A stretch of 64,000 bases of DNA, from positions 83,520,686-83,584,685 of the forward strand of contig NC_090376.1 in assembly GCF_036365525.1 (NCBI RefSeq). The letters are read 5' to 3'. A program made the translations under genes and the position numbers. Below are positions 23,915-37,844 of this stretch, in pieces; positions within the stretch are counted from its first letter, which is position 1, and every line of letters begins with the position of its first letter. Below the pieces are notes generated by a model. The model worked only from the letters and a program-made list of their open reading frames with translations, was not told the DNA's origin and made no database searches. This DNA is from Heterodontus francisci. Its lineage: Eukaryota.

Positions 23915-26402
23915 CAACATTGTGGTTATGTTGCTGTATTACTAATCTAGAGGCTTGGATTAATGATACAGAGACATGAGTTCAAATCCCATCAAGGCAG
24001 CCCAGGAATTTAAATTCAATTAAATAAATCTGGAATAAAAAAATGCATGGGATTATCAAATTGTTGTAAAAACCAATCTGATTCGTTAATGTCCTTCATG
24101 GAAGGAAATGTGCTGTCCTTACTCAGTGTGGTCGATATGTGATTCCATACCCACAGCAATATGGTTGACTCTTACCTGCCCTTGGAAATGGCCTAGCAAG
24201 TCACTCCGTTGTATCAAACTGCTACGAAAAATTATAATAAAATAAAACTGGACTGACAACCCGGCATCAACTCAGGCACAGTAAACCCTGCAAAGTCAGC
24301 CTACTTACACATGGACATAGCTGCCAGACTGAGCCTGTGGCAGGTCATGAGAAAACCAACATGAAGGAACAACTTACTTGATCTTGTCCTCACCAATCTA
24401 CCTATCGCAAATGCAACTGTCCAGGACAGCACTTGTAGGAGTGACCACCGTGCAGTCTTTGTGGAGACGACCTTCTGTCTTCTTACTAAGGGAGCTCCCA
24501 ACATGTTATTTGGCACTACCACAATGCTAAATGGCATAGATTCAGAACAAATCTAGAAGCTCAAAACTTGGCATCCATGAGATGCTGTGGACCATCAGCA
24601 ACAGCAGCAGAATTGTGCATCACCACAATCTGTATCTCATAGCCTGACATATCCATCACTCTACCACTACCATCAACCCAGGGAATTAACCCTGGTTCAA
24701 TGAGGCCTGTTGAAGAGCATGCCAGGAGCACCAGCAGGCACACTTAAAAATGAGGTGCCAACCTGGTGAATCTACAACCCAGGACTACATGCATACCAAG
24801 CAGCAGGCTATAGACAGAGCTAGGTGGTTCCATAATTGAAAGATCAGATCAAAGATCTGCAGTCCTGCCACATCCGGTCATGAATGGTGGTGGACAATTA
24901 AACAACCAACAGGAGGAGCAGGTTGTATAAACATCTCCATCCTTAAAGATGACGGTGCCCAGCATGTGAGTGCAAAAGACAAGGCTAAACCGTTTGCGAC
25001 CATCTTCAGTCAGAAGTGCCAAATGAATGATCTATCCTGGCCTCCTCCTGAGGTCCCACCATCAAATCCAATCCAGCCAATTACTGCCCCATCAATTTAC
25101 TCACAATCTTCAGTAAAGTGATGGAATGTGTCGTCGACAGTGCTATCAAGCAGCACTTACTCACTTATAGCCTGCTCACTGATACGCAGTTTGCATTACA
25201 CTAGGGCCACTTGGCTCCAGACCTCATTGGAGGCTTGGTCCATAGATGGAGAAAAAAGAGCTGAATTCCAGAGGTGAGGTGGAGTGACTGCCCTTGACAT
25301 CAAGGCAGCATTCAACTAAGTGTGGCATCAAGGAGTCCTTGTAAAATTGCAGTCAATGCAAAACGGGGCGAAAACTCTCCACTGTCTGGAGTCATACCAG
25401 CACAAAGAAAGATGGTTGTGGTTGGAGGCCAATCATCTCAGCTGAGTACATTGCTGCAGGAGTTCCTCAGAGCAGTGTCCTAAAGCTAACCATCTCCAAC
25501 AGCTTTATCAATGATATTCCCTCCATCATAAGGTCAGAAATGGAGATATTAATTGCACAGTGTTCAGTTTCATTCACAACTCCTCAGACAATGAAGTGGT
25601 CTGTGCCCGCATGCAGTAAGACCTGGACAACATTCAGGCTTGGGCTGATAAGTGGCAAGTAACATGTGCCACAAGTGCCAGGCATTGACCATCCCACAAG
25701 AGTCTAATCACTTTCCCTGGACATTCAACAGTATTGTTATTGCCAAATTCCCTACCACCAATATTCCAGAGGTCACCACTGACCAAGAACTGAACAAGTC
25801 CAACCACATAAATACTGTGGTTACAACAGCAGGTCATAGGTTGGGTATTCTGTGGCGAGGAACTCACCTCCTGACTCCCCAAAGCTTGTCCACCATTTAT
25901 AAGGCACAAGTCAGGTGTATGAAGAAACACTTTCTACTTGCCTGGATGAGTGCAGCACTAACAATACTCAAGAAGCTCAACATCATTCAGGACAAAGTAG
26001 CCCACTTGATCCATCCACCACCTTAAACATTAACTCTCTCCACCGCCAGCATACAGTGACTGCGATGTAGAAGATCTACACGATGCACTGCAGGAACTCG
26101 CCAAGGCCTCTTCATCAGCACCTCCCAAACATGTGGCATCGAGAAAGACAAGGGCAGCAGATGCAAGGGAACATAACCACCTGCAAGTCACACACCATTT
26201 TGGCTTGGAAGTACATTGCCATTCCTTCATCATCACCTAGTCAAAATTCTGGAACGCCCTACATAACCTCACGGTGGGAGTACCTTCCCTGCACAGACTG
26301 CAGTGGGTGAAGGAGGCGACTCACCACCACCTTCTCAGGGCAATTAGAGATGGACAATAAATGCTGGCCTTGACAGTGATGCCCACATCCCGTGAATGAA
26401 TA
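23915..26402 (+). mobile_element. Internally deleted CR1/L2-group LINE with a tRNA-SINE-like 5' head
   Basis: B-box gagttcaaatcc (23978-23989), APE/RT remnants (NNLLDLVLTN, ALDIKAAF, GVPQSSVL) and tail gggcaattagagatggacaataaatgctggcc...catcccgtgaatgaat. Confidence 0.7.
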
Positions 26403-26580
26403 TAATTGGGCTCTAAGCCCTGCAGTGGCTACATTCAGTTGCCTGGAGGTTACTAAACTGGGATAAGCTTGTACTGCCAGTAGTTGCATTCTAAATGGGA
26501 GCACAATGTGGACCAAAGCTTCTTCTGAGGAGAACTAGCATATGCAAAGCCATATACTTTCACTGTTGCTCCTATATACT

Positions 26581-29364
26581 TGTCATGCTAAGCCCCCACC
26601 TGCTAAGAATGAAGCACATCAATTTTGTCATGAACATTGATTTTTAACTGTTTTTGGAGCAAGGAAATGACGCGTTAAACAGATCAGCTGTGGCTGGAAA
26701 AAAACATTTACATACTAACAGACATCGAAGTTGAGGAAGCGCATTCCAGGGCCTGCTAAGGAGGATACAATCCACAGGACTGGTTAGACCAGCTGGTCAA
26801 ATGACTACCTGGCTGTTCCATAGTTTCCTTTTGAACTGGCCACAGAGAGTTTGAAGGCAGAAAGTTTGTTTTGCTCCTGAACTGAGAAGATCTCTCCTGT
26901 CTGCTCCCATCTCTTTCTCACAAGCCTCAAAATCCACTGAAGACACATGAACCCCAAGAGAGAAAAAATCTCCTGCAGTGAATAAGGTTTAAGAAGAATA
27001 CTGGGCCCCAACGAAAAGCAAGATCTACCTACAATCAAGGACCATAAAACTCTTCAGATATTGCCTCAAACTTTTCACTTTATTTTTTTTCTGCCCTTTT
27101 TTGTTTCTATTTGCATGTGTGTTTCGCATATGCATGCTAGCGTGGGTGCGTCATGTATCCGTAGGCGTTAACCGAATTAGAGTTTAAGTTCAAGTTTAAT
27201 AAATTTCAATTTCTCTTCTTTAAACCTAAGAAAGCCTGTTTGTGCTGGTTTCTTTGCCTTATAATTGGAAAGCGTTGAACAAGGATTCACCAAGGGGGAG
27301 CTAAAAGAACAGTGTGTTTAAAATTAAACCCTGTTACAGTAAGACCAGGTGAAGGCTGAGAGGGATTCCTAGACACCTTTCTCACCTGGTCGTAACAGAA
27401 ATTTGCGTGCTAGCATCTGGGATTGATCCACAAACTGAGAAATTGGAAGTGGGAAGCCAAATGGTGCCCAATCAAAAAAGAGCAAGATTTCAATACAGGT
27501 TTTTTTGTGGTTGTGTGTGATTGAATACTAACATGTCTGCAACTGAAGTTAGTAGCTGTCCAAGCCAGGGTGAAGTAACTTGGGATAAGTTAAAAGCACT
27601 GTCTCTGGAGGAGTTGAGGAAAATGGCTGATCACTGTAGGTGGCAAGACTAGGAAGTCTAAACTCCTAAGGTGAGTGGCCAACCATTTTTCCATGGAATC
27701 TAAAGGAGCAGTAGCAGTGTTAGAAGTAAACACAGATAGGGTACTGCTAGCAAAGATACAATTGGAACAAAGGAAACTTGAATTAGAAGACAAGGAAAGA
27801 GAAAGGGAAAGACAGGGAAAATACAGAGAGAGGCAGGAGAGGGAGAAAGAAAGAGCCTTCCAGAAGGAACATGAAGAAAAAGAAAGACAGGAGAAGGAAC
27901 GAGAGAGAGAGGAGAGAAAGAATATTCTGGAAGGAATGCAAAGAAAGAGAGCTGAAGTGGTTTGAATTAAGTTGGGGGCAACAGACTAACCCCAGTGAAA
28001 GCATGGCCAATATGGAGAAGCATAATTCAGGGCTGGATACAGAATTAGTAAAACTAGCTCAATTAACTCCAAAATTCAATGAGGAAGATGTAGAAGATTT
28101 TTGTGTCCTTTGAGAAACTGGCAAGGCAGCTAAAATGACCAGCTGAGACCTGGCCTCTTTTACTGTAAAGCCCATGAGGTTTATCCCCTGTTGCCAGATG
28201 AGAGTTCATCAACTTATGAACTGACAAAAAGTGCTAACTGAAGGAGCATAATAATTAGCCTATCGCCAAAAGTTTAGAACCCTCAAGAAGCAAGCTAATC
28301 AAACTTATCTGGAGTTTGAAGGAAGTAAGCAGTTGGCTTTTGACCAGTGGCTGAGAGCTCTTAAAGTACAGCTCAGCTATGAGAATCTCAGAGAAGTAAT
28401 TCTGTTGGAAGAATTTAAACACTCTCTCCCACTTTCCATAAAGACCCATGTAGAGGAGCAGTGGGTTCAAAGAGCCCAGCAAGCTGATGAGTTTGCTTTA
28501 ATTTATAAGTCGGTTTCCCAGGGGAGAACCTTTCCTAGTCACCCCCACAAATCTGAAAAGGACAAAGGGTGGGAAGGTGATAGGAGCCCAAGCAGTCCTG
28601 GGAGAGAAAGGAAAGCAGGAGACACAGGGGGCCCTTCTCCAGCCAAAAAGGAAGATACTGTGAACAAGAGTGAGACCCAGAGACCTGTGTGCTGCCATTG
28701 TAATAAAACAGGGCATTTAAAAGCTGACTGCTGGAAACTAAAGGGAAAACCCGTAGGGCACACCCGCTCGGTGAAGAAAGGAGCCTGATGGAAAGCACAG
28801 CAGAACAAGCTGTGGTTTTAACTGCAGTAAGAGTGAGACCCAGGAAGCTTACTACTGCAAGTGCAGGAAAAGTTAATAGGATTCCTGAAGGTTATCAGGG
28901 TTTTGTGTCTGAAGGGAAAGTAACCCCATATTCCTCGAGTGGGGCAAGCAAGCCCATAGTAATTCTAAGGGACACAGGGACCACTAGATCCCTTTTACTG
29001 GGAAAAGGCTTGATCTTTCTCCCAGAGAGTGCAGTGAACACCAGAATGGTGGTGAATGGTATTGGTGGGCAGTGTATGCCTGTACCTGTACATCGAGTGC
29101 ACCTGGAGTGCGACCTAGTTTCTGGACTGGTAACTGTAGGGATTGTCCCTAGTTTGCCTGTGGATGGGGTTGACCTGCTCCTAGGTAATGATCTGGCGGG
29201 GGTTAAGGTGGTAGCCCCCTCTGTAGTGAAAGACCCTACAAGGTCAGAGAGACAGGGCAGTGGCAGGAAACGAACCCCTGCAGTTTTCCTGAATATGCTG
29301 TGGATCCTGCCATGATCAAATCAGGAGAGGGGCCCCTTGACACCTGTCTCACCTGGTCTTAGCA
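26581..29364 (+). mobile_element. Gmr1-like (SCAN-gag) Gypsy LTR element, with pol and most of the 3' LTR deleted
   Basis: 5' LTR tgtcatg...gtaaca (26581-27397), SCAN-like LREVILLEEFKHSLPLSIKTHVEE, CCHC CCHCNKTGHLKADC, protease LRDTGT...LLLGND, 3' LTR tip at ~29322-29364, 4-bp TSD tact. Confidence 0.85.
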
Positions 29365-30010
29365 TACTGCACCATAGATTGCCGTTCTCTCCATCTTTGC
29401 GGTAATACTGTAAAAATAATTTTTACGCATGTTGTATGACACATCGCTGCACATTTGGAAGGCTGATGTTCAATAACATTAAAATCCAATTATCGTCTCT
29501 TTCAGGTTTTTGATAGAATAAAGGAATGCAGTGATGTTCTGCAGATACTGTTCCCTAAAAATATTCAGGATAAAACAATTTTCCAATTACATGAAAACTT
29601 TTAAAAAGATTGTCAGTGGCTGTTAATTTAAAGAGAAATTTTGATAGCACTACCCAGTGAGAGGATAAATAGAAACACTTAGGTGCAATTCTGCTGCCAC
29701 TTTTACATTAGTATGAAGTGATTGCAGATGTGCCTCAACAAAAAAGTGGAAGTATAACTCCAAGTTAGGTCCCCATTTGACTGTGGAGTACACACAAGCT
29801 AAGAGGTGACAGACCCAGCTAGTCTAACTGTACGACATGTGAAGCAAATGATTGGACCTTCTGGGGACTTTGAAAAATGAGTTTATAATCTTTACAAAGT
29901 TAACAAAACGTATAATCTCTTGCATGTCCTTCTAATAATACAAATTAGCCACAAGGGAGACAGAGATCCGTGTGTGCATTCAATATAATGCCAAAGGGAA
30001 AAGGCAAAGA

Positions 30011-30710
30011 CGAGCGGCAAAATTTTCCCAGTTGGGTTGCAATCCCGCCATCAGAGCCAATTATGGGTCAGGTACCCAGCGGTCGTGATTTTCCCAGAGG
30101 CGACAAACTAAGAAGCCATCTCTGAGAGCCCCATCCAATGAAGGACGGCAATGGGATCAGTGAAGCGAGAGGCCCAATAGGACGGCCCGCAGCAATGGCT
30201 GGCAGTCCCAGCGGGAGAGGTGGGTGATGCTGAGGCAAGCAAAAAATTGTGAGGGCACCTCAAAATAGAGGCGCTCTCTGCAGCATTGGGAAAAATTTAA
30301 AGAAACATGGTGGCCACAGTTGCAAGGCCACAATTGTAAAGGGAGAGAGGATGGCTGGTGGTTGAAGCTGGTGCCCATTGGATCCCAACAGGTCCATGCC
30401 GGGTGATTGAGAGGAAGGAGCGGGAGGTTGCCTCCAGTTAATTGCCAGGCTCCAGCCTCAGCAGGGAGGTCCATCTGCCAGCAGGAAGATCCCAGCAGCA
30501 CCATCACCTGTCCCCCAATTTGCCCATTACTGGACCTAATTTGCTACCCACTGCTCCCAGGCGGGTAGCCTCTGCTGAATTAACCCCGCCTATGGCAAGA
30601 TAGCTTGGAGGCAAGAACATGCCAGGTGGCTGATCCAATGAGATATTTTACAGCTGTGCTCCCAGACCTGCCTCCTAACCCACTTTCACAGGACCTGGAA
30701 AATTCAGCCC
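30011..30710. mobile_element. Harbinger-like MITE (degenerate)
   Basis: Termini gcggcaaaattttcc / ggaaaattcagccc around a GC-rich interior. Confidence 0.5.
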
Positions 30711-32027
30711 AAGGATATCTAGAACGACAGCAGTATTTTGTTGAAAGCTATTTTGTTGCGTTAGAAATTTCAGTTTCCGAGACAAAAATGGTGAATAAAA
30801 TTTTATCAAAAGATAGTGATTCAATTGCTTCAACTGTTTTTCACTATTGGTAGGTTCTTCTGACTGATCATCCAAGATTGGTTGACTTCATAAGTTCTTG
30901 ATAATTATTCACGCGCAGATTCACTCGTGTTCTCTTTCTACCCATCTCCCCACAACACCCCCGACATTGTCTCTCATAAATGCTTGTCTCACTCATTTTT
31001 GTCATTCTTTTTCTCTCATTCTTTCTTTCAGTTCCTTTTTCCTGCACGTATTCATCCCCACTTTCATCTCTCCTCTCATACCTACTTTCCCCTATCTCTC
31101 GGTTACTGGCAGCAGTTCTTCATCTCAAACCTGACACTTCAGCTAACACAATCACATTTCCTGTTACAGAAGTCAGTAGCGTATTCCATGTTTGTGCTTG
31201 TGATGTTGATGTGAGCTGGTTTATTAGTTAAGAACAAAATATGTACAGCATGCTAAAATATAATATAATGGCTAAAATTAGTTTATATTGTGTCTATTGA
31301 AATATATATCGATGAGTTGAGTCAGAATGGGAAGAAAACTGTCAGCTTTATTGTGGCTGCCATTTTTTTATTGAGATGCCGTGTGTAAAGAAAACGTCCA
31401 ATGAGCACACTTCAACCACAAAAGAGCTATTTGCAGCTTGTGAAATGCCAGTTGGCCACCCTTGTTTCATGCAAATGGCAAAAAGAGGCAACACTCCCTT
31501 TGGGTACTTTACGATAGGCAGTGAATTTCTTGTCAATTAGCTCCTTATAGAAAAGGACTCAAGATGAATATCTCGAGGTTGGATTGAAGACTATCGGGTA
31601 TAGAGGGAATTATTGATAGCAGTGACAAGTAGTTCAATAACTATTTTAGCATCAAAATTCCATGACACCATTTGCAGTGCAGTGAAACAGTCATTCCACC
31701 AACTGCTTTGATGAGATCATGGCCCCACCCGACTCCTGGGAATGGTCACTTAAATACTATTTATAGGCATTGGTGCCTGTAGTGACAGGGTGTGGCCTAC
31801 CAATGGCCCAGAGACATCCTTAAGTTATGCCAGAATGTAAGCAGGGCAGGCAGAAAACCTGCCTTCCCCTCCCATCAAATCTCCTTCCCTTTTCTGAATA
31901 TGGCAGAAGCCCAGCAGAGTTGGTAGATGCAGTGCATGGCTGCTTCTTGAATCCGTGTGTCAAAGAAGCCATGATAAGTAATGCTCATCTTAAGCTGGTA
32001 TTCAGGAAAATCCCAAATAATGTATAA

Positions 32028-32340
32028 GGGCAACACAGTGGTGCAGTGGTTAGCACCGCAGCCTCACAGCTCCAGGGACCCGGGTTCGATTCTGGGTACT
32101 GCCTGTGCGGAGTTTGCAAGTTCTCCCTGTGACCGCATGGGTTTTCGCCGGGTGCTCTGGTTTCCTCCCACAGCCAAAGACTTGCAGGTTGGTAGGTAAA
32201 TTGGCCATTGTAAATTGCCCCTAGTGTAGGTAGGGAATATGGGATTAGTGCAGGGTTAGTATAAATGGGTGGTTGTTGGTCGGCACAGACTCGGTGGGCC
32301 AAAGGGCCTGTTTCAGTGCTGTATCTCTAAATTTAAAAAA
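32028..32340 (+). mobile_element. HE1-like SINE, full length
   Basis: A box gtggtgcagtgg, B box ggttcgattc, V-domain, CR1-type tail. Confidence 0.9.
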
Positions 32341-33333
32341 ATGGAAATTATAGGACACCTGTTGGAAAACGACAATAGAATGGTAAAGGTTAACACAAAT
32401 ATGGGAGTCTGAAATATCCAAGACCTCGTCAACATCTAGATAAAAGTAGCAAGATCCAAGATTTGAAAAAAATTGTGGCAGCAGGAACATGACTGGCAAG
32501 AAAATACAATAGAAAAATGTTGCTGCCTTTTTCGATCAAAATGTGTTTCTTAAAACAAGATCAACTCAGCATCAGGCATGATAATACTGTTGTACTTTGG
32601 CAAACTATAGATATACACTTGGGCATTTCCATGCAGAACTCTTGATATGCAATAACATGAGATAGAATTTCTATGGGGATTCTTCCAATCTCCTGCTGTA
32701 CCTTCAGCTGAACCCCTGCAGAAATGCCCATGTACAGCTTTTCCCCCAAGGTTTCTACAAAAGTTACAGCAGGAGATCACCAGCGGATATTTTGTAGACT
32801 ATAAAGGCCTTCTTTTTCACAATATACCTTTATAATTCTGCTCAACTACCAGTATGTTATTTAAAAGATGAAAATCTTAAATTGAACTAAATGTTCCCCT
32901 TCACTATTTAGCCTTGTTTCCATACATGCAAAGCTTTCAAAATTAATATTTAATTTTATTTTCCCACAGTAAATGGTGTCAAAACATCACAACTATTTAT
33001 TAACAAAGAGACATATGATTAAGTTTACAGGCTCCAAAAATGCTTCAGATCAGCAGAATTTGTTTCTAATTTAATCTTAGCCCAGTCACACATCAGTCTT
33101 GGAACTGATGTTAGTTTAGGGAGCCAAACACTGATTTAATTTAGAACATCCTCAATACTCCTGCCAAGTTTTCACCACGGGCATGCAGTTTGTAATCAAA
33201 ATACTCTAGTTCCTAATTTCTGCAAAACAAGATTTGTGTGGTCTGTAAGCGATACGAATCTTTAGCTTTGTAAATGTATGAATCTTCCTTAATGTCTTGC
33301 TTTGAAAAGCATAACAAGAATGATCGGACTTAC

Positions 33334-33396
33334 CGATGTGAGAGTAAAGGGATGGCTCTCAAATGCTGAGACGCTTGGACATTGCAGAACAATATA
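33334..33396 (-). CDS. NOX4: NADPH oxidase 4 exon (equivalent of human exon 11; HPFT FAD-binding motif)
   Basis: Acceptor catttcatttag, YIVLQCPSVSAFESHPFTLTS, donor gtaagt. 63 bp, phase 0/0. Confidence 0.95.
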
Positions 33397-33464
33397 CTAA
33401 ATGAAATGTGGGGAGAGAAGGGAGAAAGGAATTAGTGAATCCAAAAATAGTTATATTATGGTTA

Positions 33465-33720
33465 TTAGGAACATAAAAACAGGATTAGGCCATTCAGTCA
33501 CTCGAGCATGTTCCACCATTCAACTAGATCATCGCTGATCTGCATCCTAATTCCATTCACCCACCTTGGTTCCGTAACCCTTAACACCCTTGCCTAACAA
33601 AATCTATCAAGTCCAACTTTGACACTTTGAACTGACCTGGCTTCAACAACTATTCAGGGAAGAGTGTTGCAGATTTCCACTACTCTTTGTGTAAAGAAGT
33701 ACTTCTTATATCACCCATGA
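33465..33720 (-). mobile_element. CR1 3' end
   Basis: Plus strand reads ggccattcagtc...catt...gatttccactactctttgtgtaaagaagtacttc, the reverse of a CR1 terminus. Confidence 0.7.
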
Positions 33721-33721
33721 A

Positions 33722-36410
33722 CGATGGCGGCTGGAGTCACTGTGGTGCATCTGTGAGGCAGAGAACTATGTGGACAGCACATTTAGGGAGGTGTTCACAC
33801 CACAGGTTCAGAGCATGCAGGCAGATAGGGAATGGGTGACCGCCAGGCAGTCTAAGAGAACCAGGAAGGTACTGCAGGAGTCCCCTGAAATGATCTCACC
33901 TGCTAATCAATTTTCCATTTTGGATACTGGCGAGGGTGATGGTTCCTCAGAGGAGTGCAGTCAGAGCCCAGTTTGTGGCACCACAGGTGGCTCAGCTGCA
34001 CAGGAGGGGAGGAAGAAGAGTGGAAGTGCAGTAGTGATGGCAGATTCGTTAGTTAGGGCGTTTCTGCAGCCGTAGATGGGACTCCAGGATGGTGTGTTGC
34101 CTCCCTGGTGCCACGGTCAAGGACGTCACAGAATGGGTACAGGACATTCTTCTGGGGGAGGATGAACAGCCAGAGGTCATGGTCCACGTTGGCACCAATG
34201 ACAGAGGTAAGAAGGGGGATGAAGACCTGAAAGCAGACTTTAGGGAGCAAGGAAGGAGATTAAAAAGCAGGACCTCAAAAGCAGTAATCTCAGGATTATT
34301 CCCAGTCCCAAGTAAGAGTAAGCATAGGAATAGGAGAATTGAGTGATTGAACACGTGGCTGGAAATCTTGTGTAGGTGGGAGGGCATCAGAATTCTGAGA
34401 CACTGGGACCAGTTCTGGGGCAGATGGGACCTGTACAAGATGTAAGGGCTGCATCTCAGCAGGACTGGGACTAATATGCTCGCAGGGAGATTTGCTAGTG
34501 CTGTTGGGGCAGGTTTAAACTAGATTGGCAGGGAGATGGGAACCTGAGAGGGAGCTCAGATTAGAGGGAAGCAAAACCGGTAACTTGTGAGGGGTGTGGG
34601 AGCCAGGACCAAATATTAGAGAGGAAAACCAAGGTGCACAGAATACTGGGGAGATAGATAGCACTAGAGTAGGGAATATCAAGTTATTAGGTGGGGTCAG
34701 AGTAAGGGAAAAAGTAATAAAGTCTAAATCAGGGTTAATGTGCTTGTATGTGAATGCACGGAGTGTGATTAATAAGACTGGTGAGGTACAGGCACAGATT
34801 ACCATGTGGAAATATGATTGTGGCTATAACAGATACCTGGCTCAAAGAAGGGCAGGACTGGGTGTTAAATATTCCTAGATACAAGGTGTTGAGGAAAGAT
34901 AAGAAAGGGAGGAGTGGTTGTATTGATTAAGGAGAGCATTGCAGTGCTGGAGAAAGAGGATGTCCCAGAGGGGTTGAGGACAGAATCAATTTGGCTAGAG
35001 CTAAGGAACAAAAAAGGTGCAGTTACATTTCTCGGTGTTGTCTATAGGCCACCAACTAGTGGGAAGTACGTGGAGGAACAAATTTGCAAGGAAATTACAG
35101 AGAGGTGCAAAAATTATAGGGTAGTTATAATGGAGGATTTTAATTATTCAAACATAGACTGGGATAGTAGTAATGTAAAGGGCAGTGCGGGGCAAGAGTT
35201 CCTAGAATTTGTTCAGGAAAATTTGCTACAGCAGTATGTTGCTTGTCCAACGAGAAAGGAGGCACTGCTAGACCTGGTTCTTGGGAATGAGTTGGGCCAA
35301 GTGGATCAAGTATCAGTAGGAAAGGATTTAAGGGATAATGATCATTGTATCATAAGGTTTAGGCTGATTATGAAAAAGGACAAAGAGCAATCCAGAGTAA
35401 GAATAATTAACTGGGGGAAGGCCAACTTCAATGGCGTAACAATGGAGCTGGGACAAATAAATTGGAGTCAAAGGTTGGCAGGAAAACTGAACAATGGACT
35501 ACCTTCAAAGAAGAGATAGCGCAGGCAGAGTCAAGATATGTTCCCTCGAAGGGGAAAGGTAGGGCAAACAAATCCAGAGCTCCCTGGATGACAAAAGAGG
35601 TAGAGATTAAGATAAAGAAGAAAAAGTTTGCTTATCACAGACGCCAGGTAGAAAATACTATTGAGAACCAGGCTGAATATAGAAGGTCCAGAGGGGAAGT
35701 GAAAAAGCAAATAAAAGAAGCAAAGAGAGAGCATGAAAAGAGACTGGCAGCTAACATTAAAGGAAATACCAGAGTTTTCTATAGACCTATAAATAGTAAA
35801 AGGGTGGTAAAAGGAGGAGTGGGGCCGATTAGGGACCATAAAGAGGATTTACACATGGAGGCAGAGGGCATAGCTGAGGTAGTAAATGAATACTTTGCAT
35901 CTTTACCAAGGAACAAAATGCAACCCAGGCAATGGTGAAAGAGGAGGTAATTCAGACACCAGAGGCATTTAAAATTGATAAAGCTGATGTATTAGATAGG
36001 CTGTTTGTATTCAAAGTGGTTAAAGCACCAGGACCGGATGAGATGCATCCAAGGATACTGACGGAAGTGAGAGTGGAAATCGCAGAAGCACTGGCCTAAA
36101 TTTTCAGTCTTCTTTAGACTCGGAGGCAGTGCCAGAGGAATGGAGAATTGCAAACATTACTTCCTTGTTGAAAAAAGGGTGTAAAGATAACGCCAGCAAC
36201 TACAGGCCGGTCAGTTGAACTTCGGTGGTGGGGAAACTTCTAGAAAATATAATTCGGGACAAAATTAATTGTCACATAGACAAATGTGGGCTAATTAAGG
36301 AAAGCTAGCTTGGATTTCTTAAAGGAAAATCATGTTTAACTAATTTTCTGGAGTTTTTTGAGGAGGTAACAGAGAGGGTTGATGAGGGCAATGTAGTTGA
36401 TGTGGTGTGG
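33722..36410 (+). mobile_element. CR1 LINE (ORF1 SGNH-esterase-like, ORF2 APE and RT start), degraded
   Basis: VCCLPGATVKDV...VMVHVGTND, CLYVNARS, VVYRPP...MEDFN...LLDLVL...NDH, and NYRPVS. Confidence 0.88.
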
Positions 36411-36414
36411 TGCA

Positions 36415-37330
36415 AACCCTCCTGCGGTGGGGGGGGGGGAGGCTCTGGTTTTTTTCAGGCTAGCTTGCTAAAATGGAGGTGTCTCAGCTGTTCTCAAGTG
36501 TTCGCTGCTGTTATAATAGGCTTTTTTAGGGTTTTCCCCTTTGCTTGAGAAATTCACTTTGGTTTTTTTCAGGCTTGGTTGCCTTACTGGAGTGTCCCAG
36601 TTCTTGAGAGTTCCCTGCTGTTTAAATAGGCTTCTTAAGGGTTTTCCCTTTCCATTGAGAATTTTAGTTCGTTTTTTTCAAGCTTGCTTGCCTTAATGGA
36701 GTATCCTGCTGTGTTCGGGGATTTCCCGTGCGTTTCGACAGTTCGCATGCTTGTCAGGGGCTTCCCGCTCTTTGCCCTCACATTCAGCACGAGTGAAGGA
36801 TTGTTTTTACCCCCATTTTCTTTCCCTTCGAGCATGATGCCTTCAGAAAATTACTTTGTTTTCAAAGAGCTTTTAACTCACTAGATAGCTGGATTCTATT
36901 TGCAGGTGTGGACGCTTCTATTGCAGCTCCACAGTCTCTTCTGTAGCTAAGTAGTTTTCTTACTGTTCCGGGTTAGTATTTCTCTTCAAATTTCTTTGTT
37001 GTTCCCCTGGTGTTTCTTGTTAAGGTAATGAGATCTTCAAATTCTCCTGGTTGCTTTCACTGTTGCCACCTTGTTGCATTGTTGGGTTTGTATTAGTAGC
37101 ATTAGGGCATTCTAGAGAAAGTTGTAGTCTCCGGTAACAATTCTTTATTATTTAGTTACTATATAAACTCTCCGCACGCTACCTAAGTGAGCGTCCTTGG
37201 TGCTGCTAAACCTTCTTCTTTCACGCCTATCTCATGTGACTGTTACATCATCGCTCGTAAAGTGGGAGGGGTCTCTCTCAGTGTCTCGGTTATTACCCCT
37301 TTACATCCTTATATTAACTATCCTACAACA
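36415..37330 (-). mobile_element. Truncated LTR retrotransposon: 5' LTR, PBS and leader with a ~115-bp tandem repeat
   Basis: Minus-strand LTR tgttgtagg...aataaa...cccaaca (37330-37080), PBS-like tggcaacagtg (37058-37068), ~2.5 degenerate repeat units at 36445-36720. Confidence 0.6.
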
Positions 37331-37334
37331 AATT

Positions 37335-37840
37335 ACAACAACTTATGTTAATATTGTACCTTTAACATAATAAAACATCCTAAGGCACTTCACAGGAGCT
37401 TTACAAAATAAAATGACACCGAGCCACAAGAGGAGTTATTCAGTCAGATGACCAAAAGCTTGGTCAAAGAGGTCAGTTTTAAGGAGTGTCTTGAAGGAGG
37501 AAAGCGAGCTGAAGAGGCGGAGAGGTGTAGGGAGAGTACTCCAGAGCTTAGGACCGAAGCAACCAATGGAAACACAATTAAAATCGGGATGCTCAAAAGG
37601 CCAGAATTAGAGCAGCACAGATATCTTGGAGGATTGTGCGGCTGGAGGAGATTACAGAGATAGGGAGGGGCAGGGCTATGGAGGGATTTGAGAACAAGAA
37701 TGAGAATTTTAAAATCAAGACATTGCTTGACTGTGAGCCAGTGCAGGTCAGCAAGCATAGGGGTGATAGGGGAAAGGGACTTGGTGTGAGTTAAGAGGCA
37801 AGCAGCAGAGTATTTGACCTCAAATTTACAGAGGGTAGAA
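37335..37840 (-). mobile_element. L2-clade LINE 3' fragment
   Basis: SPITPMLADLHWLTVKQCLDFKILILVLKSLHSPAPPYL. Confidence 0.85.
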
Positions 37841-37844
37841 TATG

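Noticed and set aside
32028-32100. tRNA gene
   Set aside because: A/B boxes continue into the SINE body and tail, and several copies occur in the window.
32682-32716. Minus-strand GVQLKV..AGDW resembling NOX4 exon 12 (GVHLKIVGDWT)
   Set aside because: Needs a 2-bp frameshift, has no GT donor and no CPTE-like upstream sequence. Treated as chance; exon 12 was not found in the window.
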